Shown here piece after piece: positions 7,384-17,692 of a stretch of 64,000 bases of DNA; positions within the stretch are counted from its first letter, which is position 1; every line of letters begins with the position of its first letter. The notes below the pieces were generated by a model. It did not search any database. It had not been told where the DNA came from and saw nothing but the letters and a program-made list of their open reading frames with translations. The translations under genes were made by a program, and so were the position numbers. The DNA comes from a bacterium. Its GTDB lineage: Bacteria > Bdellovibrionota_C > UBA2361 > CALJRW01. The stretch is taken from assembly GCA_031385045.1 (NCBI GenBank), contig JANNBC010000009.1, positions 1 to 64,000 on the forward strand. Direction: 5' to 3'.

Positions 7384-8481
7384 TTACCTCAAAAACCTAT
7401 CATGCATCCGCATCAACGCATTGTCAGCATGACCCTCAGACATATGACTATACCTCTTAACCATGGCTAAGGTCTTATGTCCTAAAACTTCGGCAATCTC
7501 AGCAATAGAAGATCCACTCATTAGTAAATAAGAAGCTGTTGTGTGTCGTAAATCATGAAATCTGAAATCTTCTATTTCAGCAATTTTTAGAGCATTTTCC
7601 CAAGCTGTTTTAATACTAGCTGGCTTATGCTGATCTTGAGAAGGAAAAACAAAGTTAGAATTAATATTTCTTAACTTAGAATGTTCCAAAAGTAAGCTAT
7701 GAACATCAGGCACTATTCTAATTGATCTTTGTTCCCCATTTTTAGATTCACGAATTAGAAGTCTTCCAGTTATAAGGTCAACATCTTGCCAAGTTAAGCC
7801 TAATATTTCCCCCTTCCTCATACCTGTAGATAAGGCAATTCTTACAATCAGACTTAAATATGGACTGGCTGATTCAGTACAAGCTTTTAGAAGTCGCACT
7901 TTTTCATCAGCTGTTAAATATCTTACTCTTCCCCTTGGTTCTTTAAGTTTAGAAACATTTTTTACAGGGTTAAATTCAATCCAGCCCCACTCCTTTAAGG
8001 CAATTGTAAATAAATGAGAAATGGTAGCAAGGTATCTGTTAACTCTAGCTTTACTAAAGGTTTCTGGCTCAATAATCTCTTTTGTCTTAGATTGAAGTCG
8101 TTTGTTAATTTTCTTCTTAGCTTTGGCTAATAGATCTCTTTTTTCGGTAATAAGGGCTGGTGTAATATCTGCAATAAACCGATGTCCGATTTCGTTACCC
8201 CACCATCTAAGAATTGCTTTTTTATTTTCGAAGTTCTTTTGGGATATGATGTTTGGATCCTCAATGTAACGCTCAATAGCTTCACTAACAGTTTTTCTCT
8301 TACCTTCTTTAGTTCCAAAAAATCTATTTTCTCTTAATTCAGTTTCAGTCTTTTGAATCCACTTAACAGCATCAGTTCTTCTTTCGAAAGTTAAAGACTG
8401 TGGCTCCTGCCCTTTAAGTCTTACCTGAGCACGATAAACAATAGATCCATCTGACCTTGTTCGTTTGGTAATTGAAGCCAT
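7384..8481 (-). CDS. int: Tyrosine recombinase / phage-type integrase
   Basis: STGMRKGEILGL (R), FRFHDLRHT (HxxR), LGHKTLAMVKRYSH (H, Y); N-terminal arm-binding-like region; GGAGG SD; beside a tRNA 3' end. Confidence 0.95.
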   Translation of the reverse strand: MASITKRTRSDGSIVYRAQVRLKGQEPQSLTFERRTDAVKWIQKTETELRENRFFGTKEGKRKTVSEAIERYIEDPNIISQKNFENKKAILRWWGNEIGHRFIADITPALITEKRDLLAKAKKKINKRLQSKTKEIIEPETFSKARVNRYLATISHLFTIALKEWGWIEFNPVKNVSKLKEPRGRVRYLTADEKVRLLKACTESASPYLSLIVRIALSTGMRKGEILGLTWQDVDLITGRLLIRESKNGEQRSIRIVPDVHSLLLEHSKLRNINSNFVFPSQDQHKPASIKTAWENALKIAEIEDFRFHDLRHTTASYLLMSGSSIAEIAEVLGHKTLAMVKRYSHMSEGHADNALMRMHDRFLR

Positions 8482-8624
8482 GTATTTAATCCTCCATTTA
8501 AGACAGATTTAGCCTACAATATGACTAAAAATGTTTCAATAGGAGATTCAATCCCAAGTGTCTAAGGCTTAACTTATTAATAATATTAAGAATACCACTG
8601 TGCCATTTTGCATGGTGCAATCTG

Positions 8625-8759
8625 GGCACACTCTCGGCACACTAAAGGTGCATTTTTGTCATTTTAGTTAGTAATAACTATCGTTTTTTAACTTTGAAAG
8701 TTTGTTATTAATTGTGCCTGATGGTGATTTTTTGTGCTGAATTGTGCCGAGAGTGTGCC
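8625..8759. repeat. 17-bp perfect inverted repeat (candidate integrase arm-type sites)
   Basis: GGCACACTCTCGGCACA (8625-8641) / TGTGCCGAGAGTGTGCC (8743-8759); further TGTGCC/T hexamers at 8599, 8713 and 8733. Confidence 0.7.
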
Positions 8760-8844
8760 AAGGATGATTTTTTGAGAGCAACTACTAGCTCAGTCCTTAT
8801 TCTCAAAGGACTATATCTTATTGATTTTAAAGGAGAAAAAGAAA

Positions 8845-8928
8845 TGCGAGAGGCGGGAATCGAACCCGCACGAGGTTACCCTCACAGGATTTTAAGTCCT
8901 GTGTGTCTACCAGTTCCACCACTATCGC
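8845..8928 (-). tRNA. tRNA-Leu (TAA)
   Basis: GCGATAGTGGTGGAACTGGTAGACAC-ACAGGAC-TTAAAA-TCCTGT...GGGTTCGATTCCC...TCGCA cloverleaf with long variable arm; CCA not encoded. Confidence 0.95.
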
Positions 8929-9011
8929 ATAGTTGTTAGTTTTCAAAGTATTGAAAACTGAGGGTAATTATTAAATTATCTTGAGATAAATGTCAAAAAC
9001 AAGGGGTTAAT

Positions 9012-10799
9012 TTAAGCAACTTCTTTTTTAGGAACTACAATATCAATATGTACTTCTCTCAGTTGCTTTTTACTAACATTAGATGGTGCACTCATTAGTA
9101 AATCTTCCCCGTTCTGAGCTAATGGAAAAGGAGTTACATCACGAATTGCTTCTTCACCGGATAAAAGCATTACTAAACGCTCGACACCATGAGCAATACC
9201 GCCGTGCGGTGGAGCACCAAATTTGAAAGCTTTTAACAAGCCGAAAAACTTTTCTTCTACAACCTCTGGACCATAACCAGCGATAGAGAAAGCCTTATAC
9301 ATAATCTCTGGAGAATGATTACGAATCCCTCCGCTGGCAAGCTCATAGCCATTTAAAATCAAATCATATTGAATAGCTTTAATCTCTAAAGGATTAGAAT
9401 TATTTAATGCTTCCATTCCACCTTGGGGCATAGAGAAAGGATTATGTGAGAAATCAATTTTGCCAGTCTCCAGATCTTCCTCATAAAATGGGAAATCTGT
9501 TATCCAACAGAAATTGAATTCATTTTTGTTGATTAAATCAAAATCATTACCTAATTGTGTTCTTAGTCTACCTAAGTGAGCCAGCATCGTTTTGGGGTGT
9601 CCTGCAGCAATAAATACTAAACTTTTATCTCCCACAGACATCATTGTTTTTAAGGCGGCAGCTTCTTCAGGAGTTACAAGTTTTTGAAAAGAGCCCCGGT
9701 GCTCCCCTGCTTCATAAATTAAATAACCTAAACCTGAGCCAGAATTTTTGGTAAATTCAGCAATTAGATCATCAAAATATTTACGAGAAGGAACATCTTT
9801 AGGATCTAATTTAATTGCCCAAATTTTCCCAGCATCCGCTAAGATTCCTTGAAAAACTCGGAAAGCAGTATCACTAAAAACTGAACTAACATCAACTAAC
9901 TTTAAAGGATTTCTTAAATCTGGTTTGTCAGATCCATAAGTATTAACAGCCTCGTTATAAGGCAAATGTGGGAATGGTGCAGAGGTAACTGGCAGTTCAG
10001 TAAATGCCTTAACCACAGTAGTCATCATCTCTTCATTAACTTTGAAGATATCATCTCTTTCCACAAAAGATAATTCCATATCAAGTTGATAAAACTCACC
10101 AGGAGAACGATCGGCCCTAGCATCTTCATCACGAAAACACGGAGCAATTTGAAAATAGCGATCAAATCCAGAAACCATCAATAATTGTTTAAATTGTTGC
10201 GGTGCTTGGGGAAGTGCGTAAAATTTACCAGGATGTAAGCGAGAAGGAACTATAAAATCACGCGCACCTTCAGGTGAACTGCTAGTCAGGATTGGAGTTT
10301 GAAATTCCATAAAACCAAGCGAGTTCATTACTTCACGCATTTTAGAAATAACCTTGGAACGAAGAACAATATTCTTATGTAGCTTCTCTCTTCTTAATTC
10401 TAAAAATCTAGATTTTAAACGAATAGCTTCGGGAGCATTATCATCTTCGTCAATTAAAAATGGTAACACATCGGACGAAGATATAACTTCAATTTGAGTA
10501 GCATGAACTTCTATCTCCCCAGTTGGGATTTTAGTATTAGCCATCTTGGCATCACGAAGTCTAACTTGTCCTTTTACTGTAATCACTGATTCAATCCGAA
10601 TATCTTGAAGAGTAGTAGCTGGTTCACCAGAAATTACAATTTGCGTTACTCCGTAGTGATCACGAAGATCAATAAACATAACTCCACCATGATCCCGCTT
10701 TCGTAAGATCCATCCAGACAAAGTAACAGTGGTATCAACGTCCGTTGATCTTAAATCGTGACAAGTATGTGAGCGGTATAAGCTAGCTAAGTTATTCAT
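9012..10799 (-). CDS. aspS: Aspartate--tRNA ligase (likely non-discriminating)
   Basis: YRSHTC, RDHGG, SSPEGARDF, LPQAPQQFKQLLM, GAPPHGG motifs. Confidence 0.97.
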   Translation of the reverse strand: MNNLASLYRSHTCHDLRSTDVDTTVTLSGWILRKRDHGGVMFIDLRDHYGVTQIVISGEPATTLQDIRIESVITVKGQVRLRDAKMANTKIPTGEIEVHATQIEVISSSDVLPFLIDEDDNAPEAIRLKSRFLELRREKLHKNIVLRSKVISKMREVMNSLGFMEFQTPILTSSSPEGARDFIVPSRLHPGKFYALPQAPQQFKQLLMVSGFDRYFQIAPCFRDEDARADRSPGEFYQLDMELSFVERDDIFKVNEEMMTTVVKAFTELPVTSAPFPHLPYNEAVNTYGSDKPDLRNPLKLVDVSSVFSDTAFRVFQGILADAGKIWAIKLDPKDVPSRKYFDDLIAEFTKNSGSGLGYLIYEAGEHRGSFQKLVTPEEAAALKTMMSVGDKSLVFIAAGHPKTMLAHLGRLRTQLGNDFDLINKNEFNFCWITDFPFYEEDLETGKIDFSHNPFSMPQGGMEALNNSNPLEIKAIQYDLILNGYELASGGIRNHSPEIMYKAFSIAGYGPEVVEEKFFGLLKAFKFGAPPHGGIAHGVERLVMLLSGEEAIRDVTPFPLAQNGEDLLMSAPSNVSKKQLREVHIDIVVPKKEVA

Positions 10800-10876
10800 C
10801 TAAATGACAATTGTTTATGTAAAGGACTGAAGATACTGATAGTATTTGTTCAGGATATAATGTCAATACCAGTGGT

Positions 10877-11947
10877 CTAAGAAACTAAGCCTACCAACCT
10901 AACGGCAATTTGCTCACTCCCATTAATGACCGCAAGCCTCTTAGGACGATATGATTGAATCCCTTCGGCGATCCCTCTTATTTTAACTTCTAAATCACTG
11001 CTTAACTGCTCAGATTCAGAAACCACTTCAGCTAGAAACTGTCGTTGATAAACCTCAGCATTCTCTCGTTGTTCAGGGGCTTTAGGTAGTGGTACGAAAA
11101 TAGCTGGTTTACCAATTAACTCTAGTTCGCGAACAGTATTCAAACCACTACGGGTAATAATTAAATCAGCCCATTGATAGAGTGTCGGAATATCATCACT
11201 AAAACTAAAGACTTCTGCTTCAATATTCTTTTGCTGATAGACAGATTTCAAATGATCAATATTCTCTGGTCTTGATTGATGCTTAATGGCAATCCCTTGT
11301 GCTGCGAAAAAATCGGCTAAACCAGCAATGCCAAGGTCTAATTTATTAGCGCCTTGAGAACCACCTAGAATTAAAATTCGCTTTAGATCTTTGGGGAAAG
11401 GATAACTCAAATTAAAAAGTTTTGGATTTAAAGGTTGCCCTGTATAAGCTTTAGTAACTGTTCCTGGAAATTGAGTTTCGGGATTGGCAAGTGTTGCTAA
11501 ATCAGCAAAATATGACAAATAACGATTCGCCATTCCAGGATGTAATTCAGCTTCATGAATAACGGTTTTAGCAAAAGCCACTTTACCAAGGATTATTGGC
11601 AAAACTGAAATGTAACCCCCAACACCTAAAACTAGATCTGGCTGAAAGCGAAAGATTAAATAAAGTGTCTTGATAAATGCCCAAGGGAGCTTAAAGATAA
11701 ATTCTAATTTACCAAGCAATCCTCTTCGACTAACTCCGACAATCGGAATAATATTAATTGGATAACCGCGACGCCCAATTAGTTTTTCTTCTAAAGGTCG
11801 CCCCGAGCCACAGAACTCAATTTTAGAATCTGGTAATAACTTTTGAAACTCTTCCGCAATGTATAATGCTGGTAGTAGATGCCCCCCACTTCCGCTAGCT
11901 GCAATTAGTATTTTCTTAGATCGCATTTCGGTAACAATGTTTAGCAA
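10877..11947 (-). CDS. murG: MurG glycosyltransferase
   Basis: SGSGGHL and GGSQGA motifs; follows ftsW. True start may be the ATG at MRSKKILIA. Confidence 0.93.
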   Translation of the reverse strand: MLNIVTEMRSKKILIAASGSGGHLLPALYIAEEFQKLLPDSKIEFCGSGRPLEEKLIGRRGYPINIIPIVGVSRRGLLGKLEFIFKLPWAFIKTLYLIFRFQPDLVLGVGGYISVLPIILGKVAFAKTVIHEAELHPGMANRYLSYFADLATLANPETQFPGTVTKAYTGQPLNPKLFNLSYPFPKDLKRILILGGSQGANKLDLGIAGLADFFAAQGIAIKHQSRPENIDHLKSVYQQKNIEAEVFSFSDDIPTLYQWADLIITRSGLNTVRELELIGKPAIFVPLPKAPEQRENAEVYQRQFLAEVVSESEQLSSDLEVKIRGIAEGIQSYRPKRLAVINGSEQIAVRLVGLVS

Positions 11948-13055
11948 GCGCTAATAGAATTCCAATAATAATTAAACTACTAATCATACTAGAACCTCCA
12001 TAACCTAACATCGGCAAAACCAGTCCTTTAGTAGGTAGAACTCCTGTCACAACTCCAATATTTAGTAACATTGGAATAATTAGTAGCATAGTCAAACCAA
12101 AGGCTAATCCAAAGAGGAATTGATCTGGTAATAAACGTTTGGCAATCCGAGTTCCACGCCAAAAAATCATTAAGAAAGCTGCGATAATTACAATACCACC
12201 TAGAAATCCCCATTCTTCAGCGATTACGGCAAATAGAAAATCAGTGTGCGCCGCAGGTAAGAAATGTAATTTTTGTTTTCCAGCACCTATCCCAACTCCA
12301 GTCCAAGAACCAGCGCTTACGGCAATCAGTGATTGACTAAGCTGATATCCACGACCTAAAAGATCTTCATCAGGAGAAAGGAATGCCATAATTCTTTTCA
12401 TTCGGTAGCTAGAAGTTGCCACTAGGTAAACTCCAGCAATTACAACTGGCACAAAGCTATAAATTAAATGTTTAGGTTTTACACCAGCAAGTAAAATCAT
12501 AGCAAAAGTTACTGAAGCAATAATCGCAGAACTACCAAAGTCTGGTTGCTTAAGTAGCAAAGAACAAAGCATGATAATAAAAATTAATGGAATTACAATT
12601 GAATATAACCAATGCCCAAGCTTATCTTCCCGACGAGAGAAGTAGCCCGCTAGAAAAATTACATAAAAAATCTTGGCAACTTCTGCCGGCTGAAAACTAA
12701 TTAATGGCAAGTTAATCCAACGTTGCGCCCCACCAGAGGAACGACCGACTCCGGGAATGAATGTGATCAGCACTAGCCCCATAGCAATCCATAAACAATA
12801 TGGAGATAACTTGCGAATACTCGTAAGCTTAATATTTGTTGCTAAATATAAACCAGTAAATCCAATAATTACAGCAACACCTTGACGTTTTACAAAATAA
12901 TAAGCATCTCCAAATTTATCAGCCGCGGAGACTCCCGTAGTCGAATAAATCATCAATAAACTTAAGCTTGAGATAATTACTGCAGTTAGCAACAGTGTTA
13001 AGTCAATTAAGAATGGAGGTTTTAACTGGCGATTTGAGGTAATACTATTATTCAC
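11916..13055 (-). CDS. ftsW: SEDS protein FtsW
   Basis: GAQRWI, FQPAEVAK, QPDFGS, HTDFLF, PTKGLVLP motifs. Confidence 0.95.
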   Translation of the reverse strand: MNNSITSNRQLKPPFLIDLTLLLTAVIISSLSLLMIYSTTGVSAADKFGDAYYFVKRQGVAVIIGFTGLYLATNIKLTSIRKLSPYCLWIAMGLVLITFIPGVGRSSGGAQRWINLPLISFQPAEVAKIFYVIFLAGYFSRREDKLGHWLYSIVIPLIFIIMLCSLLLKQPDFGSSAIIASVTFAMILLAGVKPKHLIYSFVPVVIAGVYLVATSSYRMKRIMAFLSPDEDLLGRGYQLSQSLIAVSAGSWTGVGIGAGKQKLHFLPAAHTDFLFAVIAEEWGFLGGIVIIAAFLMIFWRGTRIAKRLLPDQFLFGLAFGLTMLLIIPMLLNIGVVTGVLPTKGLVLPMLGYGGSSMISSLIIIGILLALAKHCYRNAI

Positions 13056-13058
13056 AAC

Positions 13059-14135
13059 TTATCTTAATTTTAAGGTAGCCAAAGCTAAGATTGCCAGCAT
13101 CAAAGAGACAATCCAAAAACGAACAATTACTTTTGGCTCTGGCCAACCAAGTAACTCAAAATGATGATGAATCGGTGCCATGCGAAAGATTCTTTTCTTC
13201 GTTAACTTATAATAGTACCGTTGCATGATTACGGAAACAGCTTCAATCACAAAAATCCCGCCAGCAATTGCCAATAAAAATTCTTGTTTTACAATCACAG
13301 CAATTGTCCCAAGTAATCCACCAAGAGCCAGTGCCCCAACATCTCCCATAAAGACTTGTGCTGGGTAGGAATTATACCAAAGAAAAGCTAAGCCCGAGGC
13401 AAGAACCGCCGAAAGAATAATACAAAGTTCTCCTGCTCCTGAAACGTAGGTAATATTTAAATATCTAGACCATTCTACATTTCCAACTAAATACGAGATG
13501 ATTCCAAAAGCAAGTGCTACAGTAATTACTGGTCCGATAACTAGGCCATCTAGACCATCAGTCAGATTCACGGCATTGGAGGAACCAACAATTACAATCA
13601 TTGTAAAGACTACGAAAAAAAGTCCCAATGGAATTGCTAAATGCTTAAAGAAAGGTACATTTAAAAAAGTTGGGAAGGACTGCTCTAAAAGTATTAGACC
13701 TACTAATAATGAAATTGAGGTTTGAGTTAAAAGCTTAATCTTACCACTAACACCTTTGGGATTTTTATGTTTAATCTTTAACCAATCATCAGCAAAGCCT
13801 AAACAAGCCATTCCCAGGAAAACCATTAGTACTAACCAAATAAAATAAACATCAAGGTTGGCAAATAAAAGCGTTGATAGAAAAACTGAAAAGATAATCA
13901 CAATTCCTCCCATTGTAGGAGTTCCAACTTTAACGGCATGTGACTCTGGGCCATCATCTCGAATTGGCTGGCCAGACTTAAACATAGCTTGGATAATACG
14001 AATGAAGATTGGCTGGAGGATAATTACAGTTAAGAAGGACAAAGTGAAGGCTAAAAAAGAGCGAAAAGTGATATATCTAAAGATATTCAGCCATGTATAA
14101 TCAGCCCCTAGATAATACCAAAGATAATAAAACAT
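13059..14135 (-). CDS. mraY: Phospho-N-acetylmuramoyl-pentapeptide transferase
   Basis: GTPTMGG, NAVNLTDGLDGL, FMGDVG, MAPIHHHFEL motifs. Confidence 0.97.
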   Translation of the reverse strand: MFYYLWYYLGADYTWLNIFRYITFRSFLAFTLSFLTVIILQPIFIRIIQAMFKSGQPIRDDGPESHAVKVGTPTMGGIVIIFSVFLSTLLFANLDVYFIWLVLMVFLGMACLGFADDWLKIKHKNPKGVSGKIKLLTQTSISLLVGLILLEQSFPTFLNVPFFKHLAIPLGLFFVVFTMIVIVGSSNAVNLTDGLDGLVIGPVITVALAFGIISYLVGNVEWSRYLNITYVSGAGELCIILSAVLASGLAFLWYNSYPAQVFMGDVGALALGGLLGTIAVIVKQEFLLAIAGGIFVIEAVSVIMQRYYYKLTKKRIFRMAPIHHHFELLGWPEPKVIVRFWIVSLMLAILALATLKLR

Positions 14136-14142
14136 ACTTGCC

Positions 14143-15639
14143 TTAAATTACTTGCAAAAATTTTCGTATAATTAATTGATCACTAAAAGGATACTTAGTC
14201 TTGTTAATTTCCTGATAGTCTTCATGCCCCTTACCAGCAATTAAAATCAAATCTCCCATTTCAGCTTTAGCTAATGTTTGCTGAATTGCCAACTCCCGAT
14301 CTACTTGGATAAAATCAGCGGAGATCCCTTCCGAAATATCCTGAATAATTTGCTCGGCATCTTCGGTGCGCGGGTTATCGGAAGTCACCACAACCCGATC
14401 GGCAAACTTACTAGCGATCTCCCCCATCAACGGACGCTTTCCTTTGTCTCGATCGCCACCACATCCAAATACGACCCATAACTTAGAATCCTTAGGGGTG
14501 ATTAAACGCAAAGTTGTTAAAGCATTCTCTAAGGCATCTGGGGTATGAGCATAATCAACAAAGGTACTAAGTTTTGAATTACTAATTGGTTCTAATCTAC
14601 CCGGTACAGGTCGAATCTGAGGTAAAATATCTAAAATCTTTTCCATTCCATAATGCTCAGCAACAAAAGCTAAAACTACCGCTAAATTCTCTTCATTAAA
14701 TTTCCCAATAATCTTGGAGTGAAATTTAAAATCCTGTCCTTGGTAGCTAAAGTGATAATCAGCACCTTTTGCTGTTTGGTGACTTGGTAATATTTGCAGA
14801 TTAGAACTTGCTGTTCGACCAATAGTCACAATTTGTACATTAGTATTTTGCAGTAGTTCCATTAATCCTGCGGAATATGGGCAATCCTGATTAATAATAG
14901 CAACTTTCTTAGGCTTAGAAGAATGAATTAAAGATTCAAATAACTTTTTCTTGGCTAGAAAATAATTTTCATAATTACCATGGTAATCAAAGTGATCTCT
15001 AGTGAGATTAGTATAAATTGCCACATCAAAATCAATCCCTAACACCCGATCTTGGGCTAGCGCATGAGAGGAGACTTCAATTACAAAATTTTCACAGGAA
15101 CCTTTCAGTGCTTCCTGCAAATAATAATAATTACTTAATAAATCAGGAGTAGTGTAATCACCTGGCCAGCTTTTCTCCTGAGTGGCAATACCTAAAGTTC
15201 CAACACGCATCGCCTTGCTCTGTAATAGATTACAAGCTTCATAAATCATCCAGTTGATCGAAGTTTTCCCATTAGTTCCAGTCACGCCAATGACACGCAA
15301 ATTTTCTGCTGGGCTATCAAATAAAAAATTCAAAATCTTTGGTAGAACCACTGCTTGTCGATTGAATTGAAGGTGCGGGATACTATGGCTGATTAAGTCA
15401 TGGTCAAAATGTAGCACTGCTGAGGCACCATGCTCGATTGCAGTTGGAATATAATCAACTCCTCGTCCGAGTGCTACAAATAAAGTATCTTGAGTAACAT
15501 CCCGACTATCGGTTGTTAAATATTGGAAACTTGTTGATAGATCTTGAGATTCACGTAAACTGCTCTCACCTAAATCAGTAAGCTCACTCAATGTAAAAGT
15601 TTTTGATAATTTAATTAACATTTGATTCTTATTTTTCAA
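14143..15639 (-). CDS. murE: UDP-MurNAc-tripeptide synthetase (meso-DAP ligase)
   Basis: GVTGTNGKTS, EVSSHAL, VDYAHTPDA, DNPR, GKGHE motifs. Confidence 0.95.
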   Translation of the reverse strand: MKNKNQMLIKLSKTFTLSELTDLGESSLRESQDLSTSFQYLTTDSRDVTQDTLFVALGRGVDYIPTAIEHGASAVLHFDHDLISHSIPHLQFNRQAVVLPKILNFLFDSPAENLRVIGVTGTNGKTSINWMIYEACNLLQSKAMRVGTLGIATQEKSWPGDYTTPDLLSNYYYLQEALKGSCENFVIEVSSHALAQDRVLGIDFDVAIYTNLTRDHFDYHGNYENYFLAKKKLFESLIHSSKPKKVAIINQDCPYSAGLMELLQNTNVQIVTIGRTASSNLQILPSHQTAKGADYHFSYQGQDFKFHSKIIGKFNEENLAVVLAFVAEHYGMEKILDILPQIRPVPGRLEPISNSKLSTFVDYAHTPDALENALTTLRLITPKDSKLWVVFGCGGDRDKGKRPLMGEIASKFADRVVVTSDNPRTEDAEQIIQDISEGISADFIQVDRELAIQQTLAKAEMGDLILIAGKGHEDYQEINKTKYPFSDQLIIRKFLQVI

Positions 15640-15645
15640 AAAGAA

Positions 15646-17373
15646 TTATAATTTTTTACGCATTGCTAATGTGTAAAAAACATTTTTCATAATTCTTCGA
15701 AACACCGGAGCAGCAACAGTACCACCATAGATACTGGATCCGTGAGGTTCGTCCACCATTACTAATAGCACATAATTTTGATTGATTCCGATTTTTTGTC
15801 CGTCTGCAAAACCCATAAAGGAAGAGATATAGGCTCCAGATTGATAACCTCGACCATCAGTTTTCGCTTTCTGAGCTGTTCCAGTTTTTCCACCGACAAT
15901 TAGACCAGGGATTTTCGCATTTTTACCTGTGCCGTTAGGCTGTTCCACAACAGCAACCAAAGTCTCTCGCATCTGCTTACTAACTTCTTCTGAAATCACT
16001 CGTTTATTGGTAATTGGGCGATTGGCTACTAAGGTCAAGTCTGGCAACAAGCCACCATTTACTAATGCTGAGAAGGCTCGGGATAATTGCATACCTGTGA
16101 CAGCAACCCCTTGTCCAAAAGAGTGTGTGGCAATATCAATTTCGGCCCAAGTATCCATGTGTCTTAGAATACCAGAGGCTTCTCCTGGAACTCCTAGCTT
16201 GGTACTTTGCCCAAAACCAAAATCTCGCAGGCCGTTATAAAGATTTTCTTTACCCATCTTGAAAGCAATTTTGCTCATGCCAATATTAGAAGACTGCACA
16301 ACAATATCTTTAACACTTAGCTGAGCAGAACCATGCACATCTTTTACTGTTCGTCGGCCAATTCGAAAGCGACCATTTTCCGTATTAAAAATTTCATCTA
16401 ATTTTACAGCCTGAAGGTTAAGCGCCATAGCTGCAACCATTGGTTTCATTGTTGAACCCGGCTCATATGATCCTTGTAGGGCAAAATTAAAAAAAGCATC
16501 TCGTGAGCTTACCTGATCTAAGTTAAAATTTTCTGATGGGGCCTGCCCGAGGGCAATAACTTCACCACTACTTGCATTAAGTAAAACGGCAAAGGCACGC
16601 TTTGCCTTATGTTCGATCACAACCTTCTCGAGTTCCTGACTTGCGAATTGCTGAAACTCAGCATCTAATGTCAGTTGTAAGTTTTCTCCTACAACTTGCT
16701 GATGATTAAAATTTTCTTGGATAATTTTTTTCCCTAGTGCATCCTTATAAACGGAAACCTCTAATTGCTCTGGACTCAGTAACTTTTCATGAATAGCCTC
16801 TAAGCCTGACAAGCCATTACCATCTACTCCAACTTTTCCAATTAAAGTACTTGCCGATTGCGCAAAAGGATAAACTCTTCGAGATTCTTCAATCTCACCA
16901 ACCCCTTTCAAATTATAAGCACTGATCTTTTCTGAAATATGTCGATGGATCTGCCTTTTGATCCAAATAAAAGGACTATCGGATTGCAACTTTTTTAAAA
17001 TTAATTCGGGATCCATTCGTAGTTCTTCGGCTAGAACTTTAACTACTAAATCCTTATTTTCAAATTCAGCTGGGCGAACAAAGATTGATGATGCGGGAAC
17101 AGAGACAGCGAGTTCTAGTCCGTTACGATCTAAAATCTTTCCGCGCTGTGCAGCAATTTTAATCTTGGAGAGATGTTGACGATTAGCCCATTCAATCCAT
17201 TTTTCAGGGCTAAGAACTTGTAAACTTAGTAAGCGGAAAACAAGAACGACAGTCCAAATTAAGATTAGGAAACTTATTAACCGCAGGCGAAGTAGCGGAT
17301 TATAACTAATCTTATTACGATTACTATCTAAACTATAAAAACTGGAATTTGCTTTCGACTTAGCAGACTTCAT
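15646..17373 (-). CDS. ftsI: Penicillin-binding protein 3 (FtsI)
   Basis: RGKILDRNG, EPGSTMK (SxxK), SSN, KTGTAQK motifs. Confidence 0.95.
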   Translation of the reverse strand: MKSAKSKANSSFYSLDSNRNKISYNPLLRLRLISFLILIWTVVLVFRLLSLQVLSPEKWIEWANRQHLSKIKIAAQRGKILDRNGLELAVSVPASSIFVRPAEFENKDLVVKVLAEELRMDPELILKKLQSDSPFIWIKRQIHRHISEKISAYNLKGVGEIEESRRVYPFAQSASTLIGKVGVDGNGLSGLEAIHEKLLSPEQLEVSVYKDALGKKIIQENFNHQQVVGENLQLTLDAEFQQFASQELEKVVIEHKAKRAFAVLLNASSGEVIALGQAPSENFNLDQVSSRDAFFNFALQGSYEPGSTMKPMVAAMALNLQAVKLDEIFNTENGRFRIGRRTVKDVHGSAQLSVKDIVVQSSNIGMSKIAFKMGKENLYNGLRDFGFGQSTKLGVPGEASGILRHMDTWAEIDIATHSFGQGVAVTGMQLSRAFSALVNGGLLPDLTLVANRPITNKRVISEEVSKQMRETLVAVVEQPNGTGKNAKIPGLIVGGKTGTAQKAKTDGRGYQSGAYISSFMGFADGQKIGINQNYVLLVMVDEPHGSSIYGGTVAAPVFRRIMKNVFYTLAMRKKL

Positions 17374-17684
17374 TTCCTTAGGTAAACAATCTGCTTAGGA
17401 GAAATATTTTGCATACCAAGGGCAAGTGCTTTGGCTTTAAAATGATCGGCACGAAGTAAAATTGCTTTTTGCAATTCTAATTCATTCTTTTCTTTAATCA
17501 TTGTTTGGTTAAGTTTTTTATAATCAGCTAAATCATAACCATACTCAACAGCACTAGCTTTCAAAGAAATTTTAAAAATACACACTACAATTAATAAACT
17601 AATAGAGAGTGCCCAAGCGGTAACTGGTTTCATCACTCTTTCACGAGGACAGTATACTGTTTGATATTGTAAGCTAATTGACAT
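17370..17684 (-). CDS. ftsL: Cell division protein FtsL-like
   Basis: Single TM plus coiled coil, between rsmH and ftsI. Confidence 0.75.
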   Translation of the reverse strand: MSISLQYQTVYCPRERVMKPVTAWALSISLLIVVCIFKISLKASAVEYGYDLADYKKLNQTMIKEKNELELQKAILLRADHFKAKALALGMQNISPKQIVYLRK

Positions 17685-17692
17685 CTGCTCTC

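Larger units (their letters stand above)
2578..8928. mobile_element. tRNA-Leu-anchored integrative genomic island (left boundary not identified; may extend through the DGR)
   Basis: Integrase next to the tRNA 3' end, arm-site-like repeats, Xis-like gene, AbiE TA, oriT-like site and IS fragment. Confidence 0.7.

Noticed and set aside
8712..8939. 75-aa ORF
   Set aside because: Overlaps tRNA-Leu antisense and the att-region repeats.
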